This document shows positions 41,101 to 52,956 of a stretch of 64,000 bases of DNA, piece after piece; position 1 is the stretch's first letter; the number at the start of each line of letters is the position of its first letter. A model generated the notes under the pieces. That model searched no databases and had not been told where the DNA came from. It saw nothing but the letters and a program-made list of their open reading frames with translations. Source of the stretch: Azolla caroliniana (Eukaryota; Plantae; Polypodiophyta); contig JBHGNT010000061.1 in assembly GCA_043228905.1 (NCBI GenBank), positions 62,001 through 126,000 on the forward strand. Reading direction: 5' to 3'. Both the position numbers and the translations under genes were made by a program.

Positions 41101-44100
41101 GTGATATCGGATTTTAGTGTTCAAAGATTCGAATCGAAGCTAATAACGCTACCTATGATATGGAATTAAAAAATCGAGATTTTGAAACTCAGGTCGAGAG
41201 ACATGAAGAAATTACCAAATTTGAGGAGAGAGTTGAGAAGAGCGCGTGAGTAAATTAAAATGTTCATACCTGGCTCGTGTGATCCCGGATTTCTGTGTTC
41301 AAAGATGTGAATCGAAGCTAACAACGCTACCTATAATATGGAATTAAGAAATCGAGATTTTGAAACTCAGGTCGAGAGACATGAAGAAATTGGCAAGTTA
41401 GAAGAGGGAGTTGAGAAGAGCGCGTGAGTAAATTAAAATGTTCATACCTGGCTCGTGTGATCCCAGATTTTTGTGTTCAAAGATGCGAATCGAAGCTAAC
41501 AACCCTAGCTATGATATAGAATTAAAAAATCAAGATTTTGAAACTCAGGTCGAGAGACATGAAGAAATTACCAAATTTGACGAGGGAGTTGAGAAGAGCG
41601 CGTGAGTAAATTAAAATGTTCATACCTGGCTCGTGTGTTATCGGATTTCTATATTCAAACATGCGAATCGAAGCTAACAACGCTACCTATGATATAGAAT
41701 TAAAAAATCAAGATTTTGAAACTCAGGTCGAGAGACATGAAGAAATTACCAAATTTGAGGAGAGAGTTGAGAAGAGCGCGTGAGTAAATTAAAATGTTCA
41801 TACCTGGCTCGTGTGATCCCGGATTTCTGTGTTCAAAGATGTGAATCGAAGCTAACAACGCTACCTATAATATGGAATTAAGAAATCGAGATTTTGAAAC
41901 TCAGGTCGAGAGACATGAAGAAATTGGCAAGTTAGAAGAGGGAGTTGAGAAGAGCGCGTGAGTAAATTAAAATGTTCATACCTGGCTCGTGTGATCCCAG
42001 ATTTTTGTGTTCAAAAATGCGAATCGAAGCTAACAACCCTAGCTATGATATAGAATTAAAAAATCAAGATTTTGAAACTCAGGTCGAGAGACATGAAGAA
42101 ATTACCAAATTTGACGAGGGAGTTGAGAAGAGCGCGTGAGTAAATTAAAATGTTCATACCTGGCTCGTGTGTTATCGGATTTCTATATTCAAACATGCGA
42201 ATCGAAGCTAACAACACTACCTATGATATGGAATTAAAAATTCAAGATTTTGAAACTCAGGTCGAGAGACATGAAGAAATTACCAAATTTGAGGAGGGAG
42301 TTGAGAAGAGCGCGTGAGTAAATTAAAATGTTCATACCTGGCTCGTGTGATATCGGATTTTAGTGTTCAAAGATGCGAATCGAAGCTAATAACGCTACCT
42401 ATGATATGGATTTAAAAAATCGAGATTTTGAAACTCAGGTCGAAAGACATGAAGAAATTACCAAATTTGAGGAGGGAGTTGAGAAGAGCGCGTGAGTAAA
42501 TTAAAATGTTCATACCTGGCTCGTGTGATCCCGGATTTCTGTGTTCAAAGGTGTGAATCGAAGCTAACAACGCTACCTATAATATGGAATTAAGAAATCG
42601 AGATTTTGAAACTCAGGTCGAGAGACATGAAGAAATTACCAAATTTGAAGAGGGAGTTGAGAAGAGCGCGTGAGTAAATTAAAATGCTCATACCTAGCTC
42701 GTGTGATCCCGGATTTTTGTGTTCAAAGATGCTAATCGAAGCTAACAATGCTAGCTATGATATAGAATTAAAAAATCAAGATTTTAAAACTCAGGTCGAG
42801 AGACATGAAGAAATTACCAAATTTGAGGAGGGAGTTGAAAAGAGCGCGTGAGTAAATTAAAATGTTCATACGTGGCTCGTGTGATCCCGGATTTTTGTGT
42901 TCAAAGATTCGAATCGAAGCAAACAATACTAGCTATGATATAGAATCAAAAAATCAAGATTTTGAAACTCAGGTCGAGAGACATGAAGAAACTGGCAAGT
43001 TAGAAGAGGGAGTTGAGAAGAGCGCGTGAGTAAATTAAAATGTTCATACCTGGCTCGTGTGATCCCAGATTTTTGTGTTCAAAGATGCGAATCGAAGCTA
43101 ACAACCCTAGCTATGATATAAAATTAAAAAATCAAGATTTTGAAACTCAGGTCGAGAGACATGAAGAAATTACCAAATTTGACGAGGGAGTTGAGAAGAG
43201 CGCGTGAGTAAATTAAAATGTTCATACCTGGCTCGTGTGATATCGGATTTCTATATTCAAACATGCGAATCGAAGCTAACAACGCTACCTATGATATGGA
43301 ATTAAAAAATCAAGATTTTGAAACACAGGTCGAGAGACATGAAGAAATTACCAAATTTGAGGAGGGAGTTGAGAAGAGCGCGTGAGTAAATTAAAATGTT
43401 CATACCTGGCTCGTGTGATATCGGATTTTAGTGTTCAAAGATGCGAATCGAAGCTAATAACGCTACCTATGATATGGAATTAAAAAATCGAGATTTTGAA
43501 ACTCAGGTCGAGAGACATGAAGAAATTACCAAATTTGAAGAGGGAGTTGAGAAGAGCGCGTGAGTAAATTAAAATGCTCATACCTAGCTCGTGTGATCCC
43601 GGATTTTTGTGTTCAAAGATGCTAATCGAAGCTAACAATGCTAGCTATGATATAGAATTAAAAAATCAAGATTTTAAAACTAAGGTCGAGAGACATGAAG
43701 AAATTACCAAATTTGAGGAGGGAGTTGAAAAGAGCGCGTGAGTAAATTAAAATGTTCATACGTGGCTCGTGTGATCCCGGATTTTTGTGTTCAAAGATTC
43801 GAATGGAAGCAAACAATACTAGCTATGATATAGAATCAAAAAATCAAGATTTTGAAACTCAGGTCGAGAGACATGAAGAAATTGGCAAGTTAGAAGAGGG
43901 AGTTGAGAAGAGCGCGTGAGTAAATTAAAATGTTCATACCTGGCTCGTGTGATCCCAGATTTTTGTGTTCAAAGATGCGAATCGAAGCTAACAACCCTAG
44001 CTATGATATAGAATTAAAAAATCAAGATTTTGAAACTCAGGTCGAGAGACATGAAGAAATTACCAAATTTGACGAGGGAGTTGAGAAGAGCGCGTGAGTA

Positions 44101-47100
44101 AATTAAAATGTTCATACCTGGCTCGTGTGTTATCGGATTTCTATATTCAAACATGCGAATCGAAGCTAACAACGCTACCTATGATATGGAATTAAAAAAT
44201 CAAGATTTTGAAACTCAGGTCGAGAGACATGAAGAAATTACCAAATTTGAGGAGGGAGTTGAGAAGAGCGCGTGAGTAAATTAAAATGTTCATACCTGGC
44301 TCGTGTGATATCGGATTTTAGTGTTCAAAGATGCGAATCGAAGCTAATAACGCTACCTATGATATGGATTTAAAAAATCGACATTTTGAAACTCAGGTCG
44401 AGAGACATGAAGAAATTACCAAATTTGAGGAGGGAGTTGAGAAGAGCGCGTGAGTAAATTAAAATGTTCATACCTGGCTCGTGTGATCCCGGATTTCTGT
44501 GTTCAAAGATGTGAATCGAAGCTAACACCGCTACCTATAATATGGAATTAAGAAATCGAGATTTTGAAACTCAGGTCGAGAGACATGAAGAAATTACCAA
44601 ATTTGAAGAGGGAGTTGAGAAGAGCGCGTGAGTAAATTAAAATGCTCATACCTAGCTCGTGTGATCCCGGATTTTTGTGTTCAAAGATGCTAATCGAAGC
44701 TAACAATGCTAGCTATGATATAGAATTAAAAAATCAAGATTTTAAAACTCAGGTCGAGAGACATGAAGAAATTACCAAATTTGAGGAGGGAGTTGAAAAG
44801 AGCGCGTGAGTAAATTAAAATGTTCATACGTGGCTCGTGTGATCCCGGATTTTTGTGTTCAAAGATTCGAATCGAAGCAAACAATACTAGCTATGATATA
44901 GAATCAAAAAATCAAGATTTTGAAACTCAGGTCGAGAGACATGAAGAAATTGGCAAGTTAGAAGAGGGAGTTGAGAAGAGCGCGTGAGTAAATTAAAATG
45001 TTCATACCTGGCTCGTGTGATCCCAGATTTTTGTGTTCAAAGATGCGAATCGAAGCTAACAACCCTAGCTATGATATAGAATTAAAAAATCAAGATTTTG
45101 AACTCAGGTCGAGAGACATGAAGAAATTACCAAATTTGACGAGGGAGTTGAGAAGAGCGCGTGAGTAAATTAAAATGTTCATACCTGGCTCGTGTGTTAT
45201 CGGATTTCTATATTTAAACATGCGAATCGAAGCTAACAACGCTACCTATGATATGGAATTAAAAAATCAAGATTTTGAAACTCAGGTCGAGAGACATGAA
45301 GAAATTACCAAATTTGAGGAGGGAGTTGAGAAGATCGCGTGAGTAAATTAAAATGTTCATACCTGGCTCGTGTGATATCGGATTTTAGTGTTCAAAGATT
45401 CGAATCGAAGCTAATAACGCTACCTATGATATGGAATTAAAAAATTGAGATTTTGAAACTCAGGTCGAGGGACATGAAGAAATTACCAAATTTGAGGAGG
45501 GAGTTGAGAAGAGCGCGTGAGTAAATTAAAATGTTCATACCTGGCTCGTGTGATCCCGGATTTCTGTGTTCAAAGATGTGAATCGATGCTAACAACGCTA
45601 CCTATAATATGGAATTAAGAAATCCAGATTTTGAAACTCAGGTCGAGAGACATGAAGAAATTACCAAATTTGAAGAGGGAGTTGAGAAGAGCGCGTGAGT
45701 AAATTAAAATGCTCATACCTAGCTCGTGTGATCCCGGATTTTTGTGTTCAAAGATGCTAATCGAAGCTAACAATGCTAGCTATGATATAGAATTAAAAAA
45801 TCAAGATTTTAAAACTCAGGTCGAGAGACATGAAGAAATTACCAAATTTGAGGAGGGAGTTGAAAAGAGCGCGTGAGTAAATTAAAATGTTCATACGTGG
45901 CTCGTGTGATCCCGGATTTTTGTGTTCAAAGATGCGAATCGAAGCAAACAATACTAGCTCTGATATAGAATCAAAAAATCAAGATTTTGAAACTCAGGTC
46001 GAGAGACATGAAGAAAATACCAAATTTGACGAGGGAGTTGAGAAGAGCGCGTGAGTAAATTAAAATGTTCATACCTGGCTCGTGTGATATCGGATTTCTA
46101 TATTCAAACATGCGAATCGAAGCTAACAACGCTGCCTATGATATGGAATTAAAAAATCAAGATTTTGAAACTCAGGTCGAGAGACATCAAGAAATTACCA
46201 AATTTGAGGAGGGAGTTGAGAAGAGCGCGTGAGTAAATTAAAATGTTCATACCTGGCTCGTGTGATCCCGGATTTCTGTGTTCAAAGATGTGAATCGAAG
46301 CTAACATTGCTACCTATAATATGGAATTAAGAAATCGAGATTTTGAAACTCAGGTCGAGAGACATGAAGAAATTACCAAATTTGACGAGGGAGTTGAGAA
46401 GAGCGCGTGAGTAAATTAAAATGCTCATACCTGGCTCGTGTGTTATCGGATTTCTATATTCAAACATGCGAATCGAAGCTAACAACGCTACCTATGATAT
46501 GGAATTAAAAAATCAAGATTTTGAAACTCAGGTCGAGAGACATGAAGAAATTACCAAATTTGAGGAGGGAGTTGAGAAGAGCGCGTGAGTAAATTAAAAT
46601 GTTCATACCTAGCTCGTGTGATATCGGATTTTAGTGTTCAAAGATGCGAATCGAAGCTAATAACGCTACCTATGATATGGAATTAAAAAATCGAGATTTT
46701 GAAACTCAGGTCGAGAGACATGAAGAAATTACCAAATTTGAAGAGGGAGTTGAGAAGAGCGCGTGAGTAAATTAAAATGCTCATACCTAGCTCGTGTGAT
46801 CCCGGATTTTTGTGTTCAAAGATGCTAATCGAAGCTAACAATGCTAGCTATGATATAGAATTAAAAAATCAAGATTTTAAAACTCAGGTCGAGAGACATG
46901 AAGAAATTACCAAATTTGAGGAGGGAGTTGAAAAGAGCGCGTGAGTAAATTAAAATGTTCATACGTGGCTCGTGTGATCCCGGATTTTTGTGTTCAAAGA
47001 TTCGAATCGAAGCAAACAATACTAGCTATGATATAGAATCAAAAAATCAAGATTTTGAAACTCAGGTCGAGAGACATGAAGAAATTGGCAAGTTAGAAGA

Positions 47101-48490
47101 GGGAGTTGAGAAGAGCGCGTGAGTAAATTAAAATGTTCATACCTGGCTCGTGTGATCCCAGATTTTTGTGTTCAAAGATGCGAATCGAAGCTAACAACCC
47201 TAGCTATGATATAGAATTAAAAAATCAAGATTTTGAACTCAGGTCGAGAGACATGAAGAAATTACCAAATTTGACGAGGGAGTTGAGAAGAGCGCGTGAG
47301 TAAATTAAAATGTTCATACCTGGCTCGTGTGTTATCGGATTTCTATATTTAAACATGCGAATCGAAGCTAACAACGCTACCTATGATATGGAATTAAAAA
47401 ATCAAGATTTTGAAACTCAGGTCGAGAGACATGAAGAAATTACCAAATTTGAGGAGGGAGTTGAGAAGATCGCGTGAGTAAATTAAAATGTTCATACCTG
47501 GCTCGTGTGATATCGGATTTTAGTGTTCAAAGATTCGAATCGAAGCTAATAACGCTACCTATGATATGGAATTAAAAAATTGAGATTTTGAAACTCAGGT
47601 CGAGGGACATGAAGAAATTACCAAATTTGAGGAGGGAGTTGAGAAGAGCGCGTGAGTAAATTAAAATGTTCATACCTGGCTCGTGTGATCCCGGATTTCT
47701 GTGTTCAAAGATGTGAATCGATGCTAACAACGCTACCTATAATATGGAATTAAGAAATCCAGATTTTGAAACTCAGGTCGAGAGACATGAAGAAATTACC
47801 AAATTTGAAGAGGGAGTTGAGAAGAGCGCGTGAGTAAATTAAAATGCTCATACCTAGCTCGTGTGATCCCGGATTTTTGTGTTCAAAGATGCTAATCGAA
47901 GCTAACAATGCTAGCTATGATATAGAATTAAAAAATCAAGATTTTAAAACTCAGGTCGAGAGACATGAAGAAATTACCAAATTTGAGGAGGGAGTTGAAA
48001 AGAGCGCGTGAGTAAATTAAAATGTTCATACGTGGCTCGTGTGATCCCGGATTTTTGTGTTCAAAGATGCGAATCGAAGCAAACAATACTAGCTCTGATA
48101 TAGAATCAAAAAATCAAGATTTTGAAACTCAGGTCGAGAGACATGAAGAAAATACCAAATTTGACGAGGGAGTTGAGAAGAGCGCGTGAGTAAATTAAAA
48201 TGTTCATACCTGGCTCGTGTGATATCGGATTTCTATATTCAAACATGCGAATCGAAGCTAACAACGCTGCCTATGATATGGAATTAAAAAATCAAGATTT
48301 TGAAACTCAGGTCGAGAGACATCAAGAAATTACCAAATTTGAGGAGGGAGTTGAGAAGAGCGCGTGAGTAAATTAAAATGTTCATACCTGGCTCGTGTGA
48401 TCCCGGATTTCTGTGTTCAAAGATGTGAATCGAAGCTAACATTGCTACCTATAATATGGAATTAAGAAATCGAGATTTTGAAACTCAAGT
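38200..48490 (+). repeat. 5/6-monomer higher-order repeat domain, including a ~1.8-kb duplication at 2135-bp offset
   Basis: The CATACGTGGC variant occurs at ~38599, 39489, 40557, 42871, 43761, 44829, 45896, 46964 and 48031 (spacings of 5, 6, 13, 5, 6, 6, 6, 6 monomers). The 1-bp deletion TTTTGAACTC, AAGATCGCG and GACATCAAG are each duplicated 2135 bp apart. Confidence 0.85.
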
Positions 48491-51400
48491 GGAGACACAT
48501 GAAGAAATTACCCAATTTGAAGAGGGAGTTGAGAAGAGCGCGTGAGTAAATTAAAATGCTCATACCTGGCTCGTGTGATATCGGATTTTTGTGTTCAAAC
48601 ATGCGATTCGAAGCTAACAATGCTACCGATGAGATGGAATTAAAAAACGAAGATTTTGAAACTCAGGTCGAGAGACATGAAGGAATTACCAAATTTGAGG
48701 AGGGAGTTGAGAAGAGCGCGTGAGTAAATTAAAATGTTCATACCTGGCTCGTGTGATCCCGGATTTTTGTGTTAAAACCTGCGAATGGAAGATAACAATG
48801 CTAGCTATGATATAGAATTAAAAAATCAAGATTTTGAAGCTCAGGTCAAGAGACATGAAGAAATTACCAAATTTGACGAGGGAGTTGAGAAGAGCGCGTG
48901 AGTAAATTAAAATGTTCATACCTGGCTCGTGTGATATCGGATTTTAGTGTTCAAAGATGCGAATCGAAGCTAACAGCACTAGCTATGATATAGAATCAAA
49001 AAATCAAGATTTTGAAACTCAGGTCGAGGAACATGAAGAAATTACCAAATTTGACGAGGGAGTTGAGAAGAGCGCGTGAGTAAATGAAAATGTTCATACC
49101 TGGCTCGTGTGATCCCAGATTTTTGTGTTCAAATATGTGAATCCAAGCTAACAACACTAGCTATGATATAGAATTACAAAATCAAGATTTTGAAACTAAG
49201 GTCGAGAGACATGAAGAAATTACCAAATTTGACGAGGGAGTTGAGAAGAGCGCGTGAGTAAATTAAAATGTTCATACCTGGCTCGTGTGATATCGGATTT
49301 CTATATTCAAACATGCAAATCGAAGCTAGGAACGCTGCCTATGATATGGAATTAAAAAATCAAGATTTTGAAACTCAGGTCGAGAGACATGAAGAAATTG
49401 GCAAGTTAGAAGAGGGAGTTGAGAAGAGCGCGTGAGTAAATTAAAATGTTCATACCTGGCTCGTGTGATCCCGTATTTCTGTGTTCAAAGATGTGGATCG
49501 AAGCTAACAACACTACCTATAATATGGAATTAAGAAATCGAGATTTTGAAACTCAGGTCGAGAGACATGAAGAAATTACCAAATTTGAGGAGGGAGTTGA
49601 GAAGAGCGCGTGAGTAAATTAAAATGTTCATACCTGGCTCGTGTAATCCCGGATTTTTGTGTTAAAACATCCGAATGGAAGCTAACGATGCTAGCTATGA
49701 TATAGAATTAAAAAATCAAGATTTTGAAGCGCAGGTCAAGAGACATGAAGAAATTACCAAATTTGACGAGGGAGTTGAAAAGAGCGCGTGAGTAAATTAA
49801 AATGTTCATACCTGGCTCGTGTGATATCGGATTTTAGTGTTCAAAGATGCGAATCGAAGCTAATAACGCTACCTATAATATGGAATTAAAAAATCGAGAT
49901 TTTCAAACTCAGGTCGAGAGACATGAAGAAATTACCAAATTTGAAGAGGGAGTTGAGAAGAGCACGTGAGTAAATTAAAATGCTCATACCTGGCTCGTGT
50001 GATATCGGATTTTTGTGTTCAAACATGCGATTCGAAGCTAACAATGTTACCTATGAGATGGAATTAAAAAACGAAGATTTTGAAACTCAGGTCGAGAGAC
50101 ATGAAGAAATTACCAAATTTGAGGAGGGAGTTGTGAAGAGCGCGTGAGTAAATTAAAATGTTCATACCTGGCTCGTGTGATCCCGGATTTTTGTGTTCAA
50201 ACATGCGATTCAAAGCTAACAATGCTAGCTATGAGATGGAATTAAAAAACGAAGATTTTGAAACTCAGGTCGAGAGACATGAAGACATTACCAAATTTGA
50301 GGAGGGAGTTAAGAAGAGCGCGTGAGTAAATTAAATAGTTCATACCTGGCTCGTGTGATCCCGGTATTTTGTGTTAAAACATGCGAATGGAAGCTAACAA
50401 TGCTAGCTATGATATAGAATTAAAAAATCAAGATTTTGAAACTCAGGTAGAGAGACATGAAGAAATTACCAAATTTGACGAGGGAGTTGAGAAGAGCGCG
50501 TCAGTAAATTAAAATGTTCATACCTGGCTCGTGTTCTATCGGATTTCTATATTCAAACATGCGAATCGAAGCTAACAACGCTGCCTATGATATGGAATTA
50601 AAAAATCAAGATTTTGAAACTCAAGTCGAGAGACATGAAGAAATTGGCAAGTTAGAAGAGGGAAGTGAGAAGAGCGCGTGAGTAAATTAAAATGTTCATA
50701 CCTGGCTCGTGTTATCCCGGATTTCTGTGTTCAAAGATGTGAATCGAAGCTAACAACAGTACCTATAATATGGAATTAAGAAATCGAGATTTTGAAACTC
50801 AGGTCGAGAGACATGAAGAAATTACCAAATTTGAAGAGGGAGTTGAGAAGAGCGCGTGAGTAAATTACAATGCTCACACCTGGCTCGTGTGATATCGGAT
50901 TTTTATGTTCAAACACGCGATTCGAAGCTAACTATGCCACCCATGAGATGGAATTAAAAAACGAAGATTTTGAAACTCAGGTCGAGAGACATGAAGAAAT
51001 TACCAAATTTGAGGAGGGAGTTGAGAAGAGCGCGTGAGTAAATTAAAATGTTCATACCTGGCTCGTGTGATCCCGGATTTTTATGTTCAAACATCCGAAT
51101 GGAAGCTAACAATGCTAGCTATGATATAGAATTAAAAAATTAAGATTTTGAAGCTCAGGTCAAGAGACATGAAGAAATTACCAAATTTGACGAGGGAGTT
51201 GAAAAGAACGCGTGAGTAAATTAAAATGTTCATACCTGGCTCGTGTGATATCGGATTTTAGTGTTCAAAGATGCGAATCGAAGCTAATAACGCTACCTAT
51301 AATATGGAATTAAAAAATCGAGATTTTGAAACTCAGGTCGAGAGACATGAAGAAATTACCAAATTTGAAGAGGGAGTTGAGAAGAGCGCGTGAGTAAATT

Positions 51401-52597
51401 AAAATGTTCATACCTGGTTCGTATAATATCGGATTTTTGTGTTCAAAATTGTGAATCGAAGCTAACAATGCTAGCTATGATATAGAATTAAAAAATCAAG
51501 ATTTTGAAACTCAGGTCGAGAGACATGAAGAAATTACCAAATTTGAGGAGGGAGTTGAGAAGAGCGCGTGAGTAAATTAAAATGTTCATACCTGGCTCGT
51601 GTGATATCGGATTTTTGTGTTCAAACATGCGAATCGAAGCTAACAACACTAGCTATGATATAGAATCAAAAAATCAAGATTCTGAAACTCAGGTCGAGTG
51701 ACATGAAGAAATTACCAAATTTGACGAGGGAGTTGAGAAGAGCGCGTGAGTAAATTAAAATGTTCATACCTGGCTCGTGTGATCCCGAATTTTTGTGTTC
51801 AAAGATGCGAATCGAAACTAACAACACTAGCTATGATATAAAATGAAGAAATCGAGATTTTGAAACTCAGGTCGAGAGACATGAAGAAATTGGCAAGTTA
51901 GAAGAGGGAGTTGAGAAGAGCGCGTGAGTAAATTAAAATGTTCATACCTGGCTCGTGTGATCCCAGATTTTTGTGTTCAAACATGCGAATCGAAGCTAAC
52001 AACACTAGCTATGATATAGAATTAAAAAATCAAGATTTTGAAACTCAGGTCGAGAGACATGAAGAAATTACCAAATTTGACGAGGGAGTTGAGAAGAGCG
52101 CGTGAGTAAATTAAAATGTTCATACCTGGCTCGTGTTCTATCGGATTTCTATATTCAAACATGCGAATCGAAGCTAACAACGCTGCCTATGATATGGAAT
52201 TAAAAAATCAAGATTTTGAAACTCAGGTCGAGAGACATGAAGAAATTGGCAAGTTAGAAGAGGGAGTTGAGAAGAGCGCGTGAGTAAATTAAAATGTTCA
52301 TACCTGGCTCGTGTGATCCCGGATTTCTGTGTTCAAAGATGTGAATCGAAGCTAACAACGCTACCTATAATATGGAATTAAGAAATCGAGATTTTGAAAC
52401 TCAGGTCGAGAGACATGAAGAAATTACCAAATTTGAAGAGGGAGTTGAGAAGAGCGCGTGAGTAAATTAAAATGCTCATACCTGGCTCGTGTGATATCGG
52501 ATTTTTATGTTCAAACACGCGATTCGAAGCTAACTATGCCACCCATGAGATGGAATTAAAAAACGAAGATTTTGAAACTCAGGTCGAGAGACATGAA

Positions 52598-52956
52598 TGT
52601 GAACTTGCTTCCACACTTGCCCGATAGCACACTCCTAGTGTGGTAGTCCGGTTAGCTTTCCTTGTCGTCGCCGTTACCAACCCCTCGTCCGAACGAGCGA
52701 GTACGGACACCGGTCTATCTACGTTCATCGATGTAGCACACTCGGGAGCCACCACTCGTCCCGCAGTAGCCTCCGCGTGCTTAGTGTCTCGGCACTAGCG
52801 CGTTCTAGTTTAATGTGCACGTTCCCGCACACCCCTACGCGCACGTGCGAGTGCGCACATTTACCTATGTATGTATAAATGTTATGTTGCTCGACAAGTT
52901 CTCGCGCGAGGAGGAGGAGAACCCGCTACAGGTTGCGCCCAGATTGTCTAGTGACA
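52598..52956. mobile_element. Probable orphan LTR (~359 bp) joining satellite to the interior of Copia-2
   Basis: GC-rich non-satellite, non-pol segment that starts TGT exactly at the satellite break and ends ACA exactly where pol similarity begins. It contains TATAAAT at 52874-52880. The flanks ATGAA and TTGTG do not form a TSD. Confidence 0.5.

Larger units (their letters stand above)
5407..52597 (+). repeat. 178-bp tandem satellite array, main segment (~265 monomers) with local higher-order structure
   Basis: Same monomer throughout, for example anchors at 5441/5619/5797/5975 and repeated pseudo-ORFs at 30921/31099. It ends mid-monomer at ...GAGAGACATGAA (52597). Confidence 0.97.

Noticed and set aside
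1-52597. CRISPR-like array (constant blocks alternating with variable blocks)
   Set aside because: The variable parts are point variants of one sequence, not unique spacers. The period is 178 bp, there are no cas genes, and the context is eukaryotic.
52815-52956. N-terminal 47 aa of the 353-aa integrase ORF
   Set aside because: It derives from the non-pol LTR-like segment read in frame by chance. Pol similarity starts near IVARARK.
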